Positions 8,141 to 19,100 of a stretch of DNA of 26,398 nt are shown one piece after another. The stretch is taken from the IMG/VR virus record IMGVR_UViG_2534681993_000012. One strand, 5' to 3'. The notes under the pieces are model-generated. The model was not told the origin of the DNA and made no database searches. It saw only the letters and a list, made by a program, of their open reading frames with translations. Both the position numbers and the translations under genes were made by a program. Origin of the DNA: a virus (lineage: Duplodnaviria; Heunggongvirae; Uroviricota; Caudoviricetes). The first letter of the stretch is position 1; each line of letters opens with the position of its first letter.

Positions 8141-8155
8141 TAATGGAGAAAGAAG

Positions 8156-8593
8156 ATGATCACCGACAAACTGTTGATGTTCTCCGAAGCACAGGCGGTA
8201 ACTGATACCGCGGCTTCTACTGACGTAATCGATCTCGGTCCAATTGACGGAAACCGTCGCGATATCGGTGTGGGTTACCCGCTTGAGTTTTGGGTGCTGG
8301 TTAACGAAGCCGCCACGGCAAGTGGTGAGGCAACTGTAAACATCCAGTTGCAGACGAGTGAGAATAACAGCTCATGGTCCACTATTTATGATAGTGGCGC
8401 ACTGGCAAAGGCTACCCTGACAGCAGGTAAACGAGTTGTTTCTGCAAAGGTGCCTGCCGGTGTTCAGCGATATCTGCGTGTTAACTACTCCGTCGCAACT
8501 GGCCCACTAACGGCCGGCAAATTCACTGCGGGTATCAGTCTGGATGTTGATGCCAATACGCCGTACCCGATCCGCTCAAAAGTAACTGGTTAA
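8156..8593 (+). CDS. virion protein (145 aa; Thr/Ser/Ala-rich, possible head decoration or fibre protein)
   Basis: ATG with GGAGA Shine-Dalgarno; composition typical of beta-rich structural proteins. Confidence 0.6.
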   Translation: MITDKLLMFSEAQAVTDTAASTDVIDLGPIDGNRRDIGVGYPLEFWVLVNEAATASGEATVNIQLQTSENNSSWSTIYDSGALAKATLTAGKRVVSAKVPAGVQRYLRVNYSVATGPLTAGKFTAGISLDVDANTPYPIRSKVTG

Positions 8594-8603
8594 GGTGATA
8601 TCG

Positions 8604-8939
8604 ATGTCAGGTGAGAAACCAAGATACCGCGTTCTGCGCCTCTCTCATATCCATAACACACTGTGGCCGGAGGGAGCAGAAATCGAATACGAAGGTGAGC
8701 CTGGTAGCGCACTGGAACCTGTTAACGATGCAGCCAGACAGGCAAAAGCAAAAGTTGCAGGAAAGGTGTCAATGGCAGCAACCAGCACCAAAATCATCAA
8801 CGATGCGTCAGATGATGGTGAACTGGATAAGCTCCGTGAAGAGTACGAATTGCTCTTTAACGAGAAGCCACACCATAACGCCAAAGCAGAAACGCTCCGC
8901 GAGAAGATCGCAGATAAGCGTAAAGAACTGGGCGTGTAA
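8604..8939 (+). CDS. small acidic head protein (about 12 kDa)
   Basis: ORF track 8595..8939 (GTG); ATG 8604 follows AAGGTGA. The overlapping ORF 8611..9021 in another frame looks non-protein-like. Confidence 0.6.
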   Translation: MSGEKPRYRVLRLSHIHNTLWPEGAEIEYEGEPGSALEPVNDAARQAKAKVAGKVSMAATSTKIINDASDDGELDKLREEYELLFNEKPHHNAKAETLREKIADKRKELGV

Positions 8940-8955
8940 GCCTCGCGAATCAGAC

Positions 8956-8977
8956 AAGGGGCTTCGGCCCCTTTATT
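8956..8977 (+). terminator. intrinsic terminator-like hairpin after the head-gene block (probably partial terminator)
   Basis: AAGGGGC-TTCG-GCCCCTT followed by TATT; weak U-tract. Confidence 0.45.
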
Positions 8978-8989
8978 GCAGGAGTGTAT

Positions 8990-9313
8990 ATGGAACTCGT
9001 AAACCTCAAAACCGGCACTGACAGCTACCAGGATGAGAGCGGAGAAACCAGAACTCGCGATGAATACCCGTGGGGGCTGTGCATCACTCTTAATAACGAC
9101 ACATTGAATAAGCTGAAGGCGCAACCTCAGGGCGTCGGAACAGAAGTGATGATAACTGCAAAGGCTGTTATTCGAGGCCTGTCTGCCAGAGAAACTGACG
9201 ATGGTGTTAATCGCAGCGCCGAGCTGCAGATCACTGATATGGCGATCGCTCCTGTTTCCGGGGATGTAGAAAAATCAGCGGCTGAAACTCTGTACGGCAA
9301 TGGGGGTGAGTAA
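8990..9313 (+). CDS. virion protein (107 aa)
   Basis: ORF track 8984..9313; ATG 8990 follows GGAG. TAATG overlap with the next gene. Confidence 0.6.
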   Translation: MELVNLKTGTDSYQDESGETRTRDEYPWGLCITLNNDTLNKLKAQPQGVGTEVMITAKAVIRGLSARETDDGVNRSAELQITDMAIAPVSGDVEKSAAETLYGNGGE

Positions 9314-9918
9314 TGGCCTCTGTAGTAGAGATCTGCAATCGTGCGCTGTCCAATATTGGCAATAGCCGCAGCATTAACAGCCTGAAGGAAGCCAGCAAGG
9401 AAGCGGGGGAATGTTCGCTGCACTTTGAGGCCTGCCGTGATGCTGTGCTTTCTGATTTTGACTGGAACTTTGCTACCAAACGCGTGGCGCTTGCAGATAC
9501 GAACAATCCACCTCCTGACTGGGAATATGCGTACCAGTACCCGTCCGATTGTCTGCGCATTACTGAAATTATGCTTCCTGGTGTACGCAATCCAACAGCA
9601 GCAATGCGCGTCCAGTACGAAGTGGGTGCAGACACCAACGGAACAGGAAAGTTGATCTACACAGACCAGCCGCAGGCATGGCTCAAGTATGTCTCTCGCG
9701 TTTCAGATGTAAACATGTTTGATGCCATTTTTATGGAGGCGCTGGCCTGGCGTCTTGCGGCAGCCATTAACATGGCGCTGACTGGGAATGCAGACCTCGG
9801 TACGTTTGCCCTCAATATGTACAATCGCGTGATTCTTAGTGCTGGCTCGCATAGTCAGAATGAATCACAGGAACCACAGCCACCGGTTGACGAGTTTACC
9901 ATTGCGAGGTTGTCCTGA
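9313..9918 (+). CDS. head-tail adaptor or tail-tube-like virion protein (201 aa)
   Basis: Coupled start (TAATG); size and position match an adaptor or gatekeeper protein. Confidence 0.65.
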   Translation: MASVVEICNRALSNIGNSRSINSLKEASKEAGECSLHFEACRDAVLSDFDWNFATKRVALADTNNPPPDWEYAYQYPSDCLRITEIMLPGVRNPTAAMRVQYEVGADTNGTGKLIYTDQPQAWLKYVSRVSDVNMFDAIFMEALAWRLAAAINMALTGNADLGTFALNMYNRVILSAGSHSQNESQEPQPPVDEFTIARLS

Positions 9919-12389
9919 TGGCTATCAGTTGGATCCAGCCCAGCTTTGCCGGTGGTGAGATTGGACCGTCGTTGTACGGTCGTATCGACATGGCGAAGTA
10001 CCAGGTGGCTTTGCGCAAGTGCGATAACTTTATCGTGCGGCAGTATGGCGGCGTTGAGAATCGACCTGGTACGCGTTTTGTCGGTGCCGCCAAATACCCA
10101 AATCGGAAATGCCGCCTGATCCCGTTCCAGTTCTCGACGGTTCAGACCTATGCTCTGGAGTTCGGACACCAGTACATGCGCGTTATCAAAGATGGTGCGT
10201 TGGTGCTGAACAGCAGCAATGTTATTTATGAAATTGCCACTCCATATACTGAAGCCGATCTGTTCCGAATTAAATTCACGCAAAGCGCAGACGTGCTTAC
10301 GCTGGTTCATCCGGCATACCCGCCGAAAGAGTTGCGTCGCTATGCGCATGACAACTGGCAACTGGTTGATGTGGTAACGAAGAACGGGCCATTTGAAGAT
10401 ATCAATATTGACGAGTCAGTGACGGTTTATGCCAGCGCCAGCACCGGGACAATTACGTTAACGGCAAGCGCCTCTATTTTTGGCGCGGAGCAGGTAGGCA
10501 AATTGTTCTATCTGGAACAGCCTGCAGTGGATTCAGTGCCGGTATGGGAAACCAGTAAGAGTACGTCGATTGGCGATATTCGCCGTGCAGACAGTAACTA
10601 CTATCGCGCCGTTACAGCAGGCAAAACAGGCACTTTGCGCCCTTCGCATACAGAAGGCACATCATGGGATGGCTGGGGCGGATCCGGTGATGATGATACT
10701 GGCATTGAGTGGGAATATCTGCACAGTGGTTTTGGCATTGCCCGTATCACTGCTGCAAATGGAACTACTGCAACTGCCGAGGTGATTTCCTATATCCCTT
10801 CGCAGGTAGTTGGCGAGGATAATGCCAGCTATAAATGGGCTAAATATGCCTGGAACAGTGTTAATGGTTATCCTGGCACTGTTGTTTATTATCAACAACG
10901 TCTTTACTTCGCCGCATCGACTGCGTTCCCTCAGACTATCTGGGCCAGCCGTACCGGGGATTATAAGGATTTTGGCAAAAGCAATCCTACGCAGGATGAC
11001 GACAGAATTATCTACACCTATGCCGGGCGTCAGGTTAATGAGATCCGTCACCTGATTGATGTTGGTTCGCTGGTGGCGCTGACTTCCGGAGGTGAGTACG
11101 TCATCACCGGCGACCAGAACAAAGTGTTAACCCCATCATCATTTGCATTCAGCTCTCAGGGATCAAATGGCTCAAGCAACGTCCCGCCAATTGCCGTGGC
11201 GAATATTGCTCTGTTCGTCCAGGAGAAAGGCAGCGTTGTCCGTGATCTGGCCTACTCATTCGATGTTGACGGCTATCAGGGGAACGACCTGACCATCCTT
11301 GCCAATCATCTTTTTCAGAAGCACAGCATTGTTGACTGGTGCTTCTCGATTGTCCCTTACTCCAGTGCCTTCTGCATTCGTGATGACGGTAAATTACTGG
11401 TGATGACCTATTTGCGTGATCAGCAGGTTTTTGCATGGGCACCACAATCCAGTACCGGAAAATATGAAAGCACATGCAGTATCAGCGAAGGCAATGAAGA
11501 TGCGGTGTATTTCGTCGTTAACAGAACCGTTAACGGGCAAACAGTGAGATACATCGAGAGACTGTCCAGCCGTTTATTTACCAGCGATGAAGATGCTTTC
11601 TTTGTTGATTCTGGCCTTAGCTATGATGGAAGAAATACGTCTGACAGAACGATGACCATCACTGGTGGTTCTGGTGAATGGGATTACCGTGCGGAATATA
11701 CAATCAGTGTTTCTGGTGGCGCGTACTTCACCAGTAGTGATGTCGGCGCGCAACTACAGTTCCCTTATACCGGAACCGATCCTGGTATTGGCGATGAAGT
11801 GTCAAAAGAATTACGTTGCGACATTATTTCTGTAACCAGCAATACTGCTGTAGTGGTTCGTGCTAACAGGAACGTCCCGCCATCCCTCAGGAATACGGCC
11901 ACCACGAACTGGCAGATGGCGCGCCGGACATTTGGCGGCTTGTCTCATCTTGAAGGCCAGACCGTAAACATTCTTTCTGATGCGAATGTTGAGCCACAGA
12001 AAGTTGTTTCCGGAGGTGCCGTCACACTGGAATCTCCGGGGGCTGTAGTGCACATCGGCCTGCCAATAACTGCTGAATTCGAAACACTGGATATCAACAT
12101 TAACGGACAGGAAACGCTGCTGGACAAAAAACAGGTGATCCCCTCCGTTACTCTGGTTGTGAATGCCAGTCGCGGCATCTGGGCGACTACGCCTGGCGGT
12201 AAATGGTACGAATATCCACAGCGTGAATTCGAGTTCTACGATGATCCTGTTGATGATGCTACCGGAAAAGTAGAAGTGAAACTGGACAGTAACTGGGGCA
12301 AAAACGGACGTGTAAAAATCCGTCAGCTTGATCCGTTGCCGCTGTCTGTTCTTGCCGTTATTCCTCGCCTTACTGTTGGGGGATTCTGA
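9918..12389 (+). CDS. large tail or nozzle protein (823 aa)
   Basis: TGATG coupling; beta-rich composition (S/T/G/N-rich); position in the tail block. Confidence 0.75.
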   Translation: MAISWIQPSFAGGEIGPSLYGRIDMAKYQVALRKCDNFIVRQYGGVENRPGTRFVGAAKYPNRKCRLIPFQFSTVQTYALEFGHQYMRVIKDGALVLNSSNVIYEIATPYTEADLFRIKFTQSADVLTLVHPAYPPKELRRYAHDNWQLVDVVTKNGPFEDINIDESVTVYASASTGTITLTASASIFGAEQVGKLFYLEQPAVDSVPVWETSKSTSIGDIRRADSNYYRAVTAGKTGTLRPSHTEGTSWDGWGGSGDDDTGIEWEYLHSGFGIARITAANGTTATAEVISYIPSQVVGEDNASYKWAKYAWNSVNGYPGTVVYYQQRLYFAASTAFPQTIWASRTGDYKDFGKSNPTQDDDRIIYTYAGRQVNEIRHLIDVGSLVALTSGGEYVITGDQNKVLTPSSFAFSSQGSNGSSNVPPIAVANIALFVQEKGSVVRDLAYSFDVDGYQGNDLTILANHLFQKHSIVDWCFSIVPYSSAFCIRDDGKLLVMTYLRDQQVFAWAPQSSTGKYESTCSISEGNEDAVYFVVNRTVNGQTVRYIERLSSRLFTSDEDAFFVDSGLSYDGRNTSDRTMTITGGSGEWDYRAEYTISVSGGAYFTSSDVGAQLQFPYTGTDPGIGDEVSKELRCDIISVTSNTAVVVRANRNVPPSLRNTATTNWQMARRTFGGLSHLEGQTVNILSDANVEPQKVVSGGAVTLESPGAVVHIGLPITAEFETLDININGQETLLDKKQVIPSVTLVVNASRGIWATTPGGKWYEYPQREFEFYDDPVDDATGKVEVKLDSNWGKNGRVKIRQLDPLPLSVLAVIPRLTVGGF

Positions 12390-12853
12390 TGATCGATGTT
12401 CAAATTATTCCCGCAACCGAAGAGCATCTTCAGATGATTTTGCCGGATGTTCGTCAGGCTGATATTGACGAACTGTATGCGGTATCACTGATGACTACCG
12501 AAGATGCGCTGCGTGTTGGTCTGCGTACTGCGACTATGGCCTGGTCAGGATTTGCGAACGGAGAACTGGTAACCATGTTTGGCGTATCTCCGGCGTCAAT
12601 GATCGGTGGCAATGGTACGCCATGGCTGGTCGGGACCAGCCGTATTGAAAAATATCAGAAGACATTTCTGCGCCACTGCCGCCCTGTATTGCAGCAGATG
12701 CTGGCAGTTTATCCGCGCCTGGAAAACTACGTCGACGAGCGAAACCATGTTGCCAAAGCATGGCTGCACTGGCTTGGATTCAGGCTTGAAGAAGCCGCGC
12801 CTTATGGTGCTCTTGGTCTTAATTTCCACAGATTTCACATGGAGAGAAAATAA
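12389..12853 (+). CDS. virion-associated protein (154 aa)
   Basis: TGATG coupling; clean ORF. Confidence 0.65.
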   Translation: MIDVQIIPATEEHLQMILPDVRQADIDELYAVSLMTTEDALRVGLRTATMAWSGFANGELVTMFGVSPASMIGGNGTPWLVGTSRIEKYQKTFLRHCRPVLQQMLAVYPRLENYVDERNHVAKAWLHWLGFRLEEAAPYGALGLNFHRFHMERK

Positions 12854-13428
12854 TGTGCGATCCGGTTATTGCTGGTGGCGCAATGCTCGCCATGAGTGGC
12901 ATTCAGGCATACACCCAGTACCAACAGGGAAAGTATGCCTCGAAGGTTGCAGAAGCGAACGCAGATATAGCCACTGCTCAGGCAAATGATGCAATAAACA
13001 GAGGTAACGCTGAAGCTGAGCAACGGCGCAGAGAGACCCGACAGCGGCTTGGTACACAAGCGGCGACAATGGGGGCGACCGGCGCCGATTTATCTACCGG
13101 TAACGCGCTGGATATATTTGGCGACACTGCCCAGTTTGGCGCTCTTGATTCGCTGACGACGGTGAATAACGCGCAACGCGAGGCTTACGGTTATCAGGTT
13201 CAGGCTGCCAACTATAAAGCAGAAGCCAGTTCAGCCCGTAAACAGGGGAATTTGGGAGCAGCAACAACATTGCTCACTGCGCCTCTGAAGGCATACGGTG
13301 CGTACCAGATGTTTGGTGGGACGTGGAGTCCGTTCTCTAAAGGAAGTACATCTAGTGGTGGGACGCCAATGTTATCTAACTCAGGTTTTATGAATTCTGA
13401 CTCCCGATTCAAAATAGGAGGTTACTGA
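12853..13428 (+). CDS. internal virion or ejection protein (191 aa; Ala/Gln/Gly-rich)
   Basis: TAATG coupling; composition like small ejection or core proteins. Confidence 0.65.
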   Translation: MCDPVIAGGAMLAMSGIQAYTQYQQGKYASKVAEANADIATAQANDAINRGNAEAEQRRRETRQRLGTQAATMGATGADLSTGNALDIFGDTAQFGALDSLTTVNNAQREAYGYQVQAANYKAEASSARKQGNLGAATTLLTAPLKAYGAYQMFGGTWSPFSKGSTSSGGTPMLSNSGFMNSDSRFKIGGY

Positions 13429-16175
13429 TGCCAGTTGTTCCTACTACATCCGGACGCCAGGTGCAAAGTCGTGGTGTGCAAACCGGTGGTTTTCAGACCT
13501 TCGATGTTCCTCAAGCAGGTCAGGTGCTGGCGAATGTCGCAGATCAGTATGCGGTGGCATATGGTGAAGCCAGGCAGAAAGCGAATGTTGCTATGGCCCA
13601 GGAGGCGTTACTGCAATTTAACCAATTTGCAGATGACCAGATTAACAACCCTGAAAGTGGGCTGATTTCTAAACAGGGTAAAAACGCTCTTGGTCAGAGT
13701 GACGCTGTTATGAAAAATATGCAGGAAAGGGCTCAGGCATTATTAGGCTCAATTCCTGAAAGTGAGGAAAGGAATAAATTATCCTTTCAACTCCAGCAGT
13801 CTATGCAGTCTTATTACAATCAGGCACGTCGATATGAAGTTGGGCAGTTTCAGCAATTCCAAGATCAAACGTATTTGTCAGGAAATGCATTGGCTGTCAC
13901 TCAGTCTGCGGGGCTATATAGCGATAACCAAGCATTTGTCGATTTAGCCAAGCAGCGATTTGAATCTATTGATCAATACGCTGATGCGCATGGGCTTCCT
14001 GATGAGTGGCGTGTTCAGCAGAAAACTCAGCTCAAGGAACAAATGGGGCAGCAAGCATGGATAGGAAATATCGCTCAAAAATACAACGAGTTTCTTCAGG
14101 TTAATGGAGAGCCAGGTGATCTTGATGGTGTGAGTCGTGCAATATCACATGGTAATTCATTGGATGCTCGTGGTTTACGTAATAATAATCCTGGTAATAT
14201 TGAAGCGAGCAAATCTAACCCGTGGGAAGGTCAGATCGGTAGCGATGGACGTTTTGCAACGTTTGCTACCCCTGAGCATGGAATCCGCGCGTTGGGTAAA
14301 AATATGTTGTCTTACCAGCGTCAAGGCTATGACACCGTTAGCGAGATTGTTAATCGCTATGCTCCGGCTAGTGATGGTAATAATACTGATGCTTATATTA
14401 GGGCATTGTGTGGTGAGCTTGGTGTTGGGGAGAATGATCAGCTTGATATCTCTAACCCAAAGACACTAGCTGCTTTATGTGCTGGGATTATTAAACACGA
14501 AAATGGCAGTATGCCTTATAGCACCGAACAGCTTGAAACTGGTATCTCGGCAGCCCTTGGTCTAACTAACCTTGATTCACCTAAGCGTTATACGGGCAAT
14601 GCGGCATTTGATGCTATGAGCCCTCAAATGCAAATACAGGCATTGAGGCAGGCTAATGAGCTGAGAAATCAGTACCGCCAGCAGTATGCGGACCAGCTTA
14701 GCACCGTAGTTAAAGATGCATATTCAGCCCTTGATGAAGGATTGAAACCTGAGAAGTTACCTTCTGAGGACGATTTTATCCGGGCCAATGGTCCGCGCAT
14801 TGGCGCTATGAAGTGGAAGGATATGCAGGCGCAGATACAATATGGAGGTGTCATTGGTGCCGCTAAAGACCTCACTCCAGAAGGACGACAAGACATTCTT
14901 GAACGTTTACGTCCACAGGATCCAAACGCTCCTGGATTTGCAGCTAACCAGCAACGCTGGGAGAAAATGCAGGCCAAATTTAAAGAGATGGATAGGGAGT
15001 GGGAGATTCAGCAGGGAAGAAACAGGTTCGTGTCTTCAATGCAAAATAACTTCCCGCTGGACCCGAACGACAAAAACAATCAGGCAGCGGTAGACCGTTA
15101 TTTCGCGCAGGATATCGCGCCTTCGTTTTCCATATCTGATCCGCAGAGCATCAATACACTGGTCACCGTCACAACTAAAAGCGGCATGATACCAACTCAG
15201 GTTAAAACAATGCTTAACAGTGGAGCAACATCAAGAGATCCTGCGCTGGTTGTCCCGATGGCAAAATTCTACGGTCAGTTATTCGATAATAATCCGGCGG
15301 CAGCGGCAACACTTGATAAAAGTACGATGGCATTTTACGGCAAGGTTTACGATTATTCCCGCGCTGGCGTGCCGGAGGATAAGGCTGTTGATATGGCTTA
15401 CAGCCAGGTGTTCCAACAGGATGACCGAATGAAACAGATGCTTTCCACTGCCATGCGAGACAAAAAATATGTCGCGGCGAGGGCAACTGCTGCACAAAAT
15501 AACGCCAGCAGTCTGACTTCCTTTGGTTCGTGGTCTCCGGATATTACCGATCCAGGAAAATCAAATGCGGCCTATCAGCGAGATTACCAGACAATTTACG
15601 ATGCTAACTTTGTACAGACAGGTGGCGATGCAGAACAGGCTGAGAAAATGACCAATGCCATGATCAGAACCACCTGGGGAGTTTCTACGGTTAATGGCAA
15701 AGCAGAGGTTATGAAGTATGCACCTGAGGCATTGTACGGAGTAAATAATGGTGCTGGTAACTGGATACAGGGGCAGTGGGAGCAGGAAAAACGCGAGCTT
15801 AAATCAAAATCCTTTGGCGGTCCTCGCAGTGATACGGACTTAATACTTGTTTCTGATGGCCTTACGGCAAGGGATAGGAGTTATGCTGTTATGGTTTTAC
15901 AGCCTGACGCAAACGGAGCGATAGAACCGAGAAATTATATTGGAGAAAATGGTCTCCCTGTTCGTTTCAAGCCGGATCAGCTGACATCTCCAATGTACAG
16001 GCAAACCATTCAGTTCCAGCAACAGCGTGTTGATGAGGCTAGAGTGCGGAGAGAAGGCAATCCGCTGCTGCAGTTCAGCAATAAAGATGGATATACTCCT
16101 CCAGATCTGACCAAACCATTCGGTTATGGTTCAGCCAATTACCTTCCGAGCAATATATACGCAGGGGGCAAATAA
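13428..16175 (+). CDS. large internal core or ejection protein (915 aa) with an embedded AT-richer domain bearing an RNNNPGNI motif (possible cell-wall-acting domain)
   Basis: TGATG coupling; long Q-rich helical regions; motif GLRNNNPGNIEASKSNPWEGQIGSDGRFATFATPEHG at about 14160-14290. Confidence 0.8.
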   Translation: MPVVPTTSGRQVQSRGVQTGGFQTFDVPQAGQVLANVADQYAVAYGEARQKANVAMAQEALLQFNQFADDQINNPESGLISKQGKNALGQSDAVMKNMQERAQALLGSIPESEERNKLSFQLQQSMQSYYNQARRYEVGQFQQFQDQTYLSGNALAVTQSAGLYSDNQAFVDLAKQRFESIDQYADAHGLPDEWRVQQKTQLKEQMGQQAWIGNIAQKYNEFLQVNGEPGDLDGVSRAISHGNSLDARGLRNNNPGNIEASKSNPWEGQIGSDGRFATFATPEHGIRALGKNMLSYQRQGYDTVSEIVNRYAPASDGNNTDAYIRALCGELGVGENDQLDISNPKTLAALCAGIIKHENGSMPYSTEQLETGISAALGLTNLDSPKRYTGNAAFDAMSPQMQIQALRQANELRNQYRQQYADQLSTVVKDAYSALDEGLKPEKLPSEDDFIRANGPRIGAMKWKDMQAQIQYGGVIGAAKDLTPEGRQDILERLRPQDPNAPGFAANQQRWEKMQAKFKEMDREWEIQQGRNRFVSSMQNNFPLDPNDKNNQAAVDRYFAQDIAPSFSISDPQSINTLVTVTTKSGMIPTQVKTMLNSGATSRDPALVVPMAKFYGQLFDNNPAAAATLDKSTMAFYGKVYDYSRAGVPEDKAVDMAYSQVFQQDDRMKQMLSTAMRDKKYVAARATAAQNNASSLTSFGSWSPDITDPGKSNAAYQRDYQTIYDANFVQTGGDAEQAEKMTNAMIRTTWGVSTVNGKAEVMKYAPEALYGVNNGAGNWIQGQWEQEKRELKSKSFGGPRSDTDLILVSDGLTARDRSYAVMVLQPDANGAIEPRNYIGENGLPVRFKPDQLTSPMYRQTIQFQQQRVDEARVRREGNPLLQFSNKDGYTPPDLTKPFGYGSANYLPSNIYAGGK

Positions 16176-19100
16176 TGCCGATATATGAACAGGATCCTAA
16201 AGAGTTGCTTGGCGAGGATATTCAGCAAATAGCAGCACCTGATGACAGTAATTTCTATATGGAAACACCTTCTTTGCTTTCTGCTGTGAACCCATTTACC
16301 AGTGATCAACGCGTTCAAAGGTCTAGACAAGCAGCATTTCGTATAGATAACACGCTGGGTAGCTTTATTGCCAGTGCTCCTTTCAGTCAGTTTGACAGGG
16401 TTGAAGGATATAACCCATTTGATAACGATGCAGCAGATATTAAAGGCTATGAAGATTTTGCAGATTCGTTTATCAACTCCGGTTCGCATGAAGAAACAAT
16501 GGCAATTAAACATCGAATCGATAAGCAAAGAACAGATAGAGAATATCTATCTGAAATGGGTGGTGCTGGTACTATTTCAAGCTTAGCAATGGGAATGATA
16601 GACCCGGTTAATGTGGCTGCAATGTTCATCCCTGTAGGGGCGGTAGCGCGTGGAGGAAGTATTGCTGAGACGGCAGGGCGTTTTGCCCTGGCGAATGCTG
16701 CTGGTGGGGGAGTATCAGAAGCCGCATTACAGGCCACTCAGGAAGCTCGCTCACCGATGGAGAGCGTATCGAACGTTGTTGTTGATGCTCTCGTTGGTGG
16801 GATCCTTGGTGCTGGTGCACAGCTACTTGCTGGACCTAGCGCGCGCGAGGCAGTGGTTAACTCAGTAGGTAATCATTTGCGAGGTATGGATTCTCCTCAA
16901 AGCATTGGTGCAGCTCAGGTTTTCAATACCACACTCGATCAGGAACAGCTCGCTGGACTTGGACTTGCTAACAAAACGTTGAGTGTCACTCCTGCTGGCC
17001 GCTTGGCTCAATCACCATCTCTTGTCTCCCGTCAGATTAACCAGCAGCTTGCCGAAAATAACTATTTCTTCGCCAAAAATGATGAGGGGTTGGCTACGTT
17101 TACGGCAGTCGAGACTAAGATTAAGCAATACGACGCCATGCTTTATAAGCAGATGGAAGCCACTCGTGATGCTTACCAGCAGTACAGCAAATCTGTTAGC
17201 GCCCGCGGCGTGAAGAGGATGAACTTTATTGATTTCAATGAAGCTGTTGGCATGGCTATGCGCCGTGGTGATCAGAGTGATATTCCTGAGGTTTCACAAG
17301 CAGCTGCCAGAATCCGCCCCATTTTCGAGACCACAAAAGCCCGTATGCAGGAACTGGGGATCCTTCCTGAGGATATCGATGTCGTGACGGCGAAAAGTTA
17401 TCTTCCCCGCATTTATAAGTTCGATAAGATACTTTCCGACCGCACTGAATTCAGAGGGCGAATTGCCAACTGGATACAAGGGATTAGTGCCAAAGGTGCT
17501 GACAAAGCAGGTCAGCGAATTGAAAGGATAAATTCATTGCTAAAAACTGCAGAGGAATCGGCACCGCGCGCTGATGCTCTCGCTAGTGAAATCGCTGAAG
17601 CGGAGAAATGGTCTGGTAAAAAAATTCTACTCATGGAAGAACTGGATAAACGAAATAAGCTTATATCTCAGGAGACTGACACACAGGCGCGTCTTACAAG
17701 AATAGAAAAAGAGTTGGCCGAGACTTCATCAGAAAAACTTCAGGCAAGAATGATGAAAGAAAGCTCTGACCTTAAAACACGCCTTGATGATATAGCGCAG
17801 GCAAAGAGTGAGCTTCCTGTCTATCAGCGCCATATGGAGTTGCTGGATAATCCACGGAAATATCGTTCTGAGCTTCGCCGACTGCAAAAACGGGCAAATT
17901 CAACCACAAGGCTGAATGCAAGCCGCGAACGAGCACTGAAGCAGATGGAGCCTCTATCCCGAGAGGAAGCAGAGGACGCTGCTGACGAGATCGTGAATAA
18001 AATAATAGGCGCACCTTCCGGGCTTGTACCAGCCGATATTATCCCAGAGAGACTCGTTGGTCGGGCTGGTTTCACTAAAAGCAGAACGCTGCTTATTCCT
18101 GATGAGCGTATAGAAGATTTTCTTGAATCAGATGTTAACTACATCATGGAAAGTTATCTCCGGCAGGTGGCACCAGAAATTGAGCTGACTGCGCAGTTTG
18201 GCCGTAAAGATATGGGGGAGCAAATCCGTCAGGTTAGTGAGGAATATACCCGGCTAATAAAAGAGGCTAAAACACCTAAACGACGTGCAGTTCTTGAGAA
18301 GCAACGGGAGGCTGATATTAGGGATATTACGGCTATGCGTGATCGACTGCTTGGTACTTACGGTGCACCTCAAGATCCACGCAGTTTCTTTGTTCGTGCC
18401 GGGCGAGTTGCTAGGAATATTAACTTCCTCCGTTTGCTTGGTGGAATGACTGTCTCCGCTGCAACTGATCTGATGCGACCGATGATGCAGCATGGCCTGA
18501 GAAAATCTCTCGGACCAATGGTAAGCATGCTTAAAAATATGGACTCAGTGAAAATTGCAACCAGGGATTTGCGAGAAATGGCCGTTGGGCTTGATTATGT
18601 CCTGTCTACGCGTACAAAGGCTATAGCGGATCTTACTGACCCCTATAGCCGGAGAAGCGCCGCTGAGCGAGGTCTGAACTGGATGACGCAGAAATTCGGT
18701 AACTGGACGCTGATGAATCAGTGGAACAGCGCACTTAAATCATGGTCCGGGATGATAGTGCAGTCGAGGATACTTGACGCGGCTCGCCAAGTTTCTGCTG
18801 GTGGCACGCTCTCCAAAAGTGAAATGCGGAAGATGGCACAGGTCGGCATCAATGAAGATGTTCTGCGCCGAATCGGGGAGCAATTCGGGAAGCACGGAGA
18901 GGATATGGACGGGCTGTTAACCGGGCATAGTCATCTGTGGGATGACCGTTTCGCTAGAGAGATTTTCCAGTCTGCAGTGCTGAAAGATGTAGACTCAGTG
19001 ATTGTAACGCCTGGCGTAGGTGATACACCGCTGTTTTTTAGTAAAGAAGGCTGGAAGATGATCACGCAGTTCAAAACGTTTATCTTCGCACAGCATAACA

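Noticed and set aside
8611-9021. ORF 8611..9021 (+, 136 aa) overlapping the 111-aa head protein in another frame
   Set aside because: Cys/Arg/Ser/Gln-rich nonsense-like translation; the 8604..8939 frame is protein-like and has a Shine-Dalgarno.
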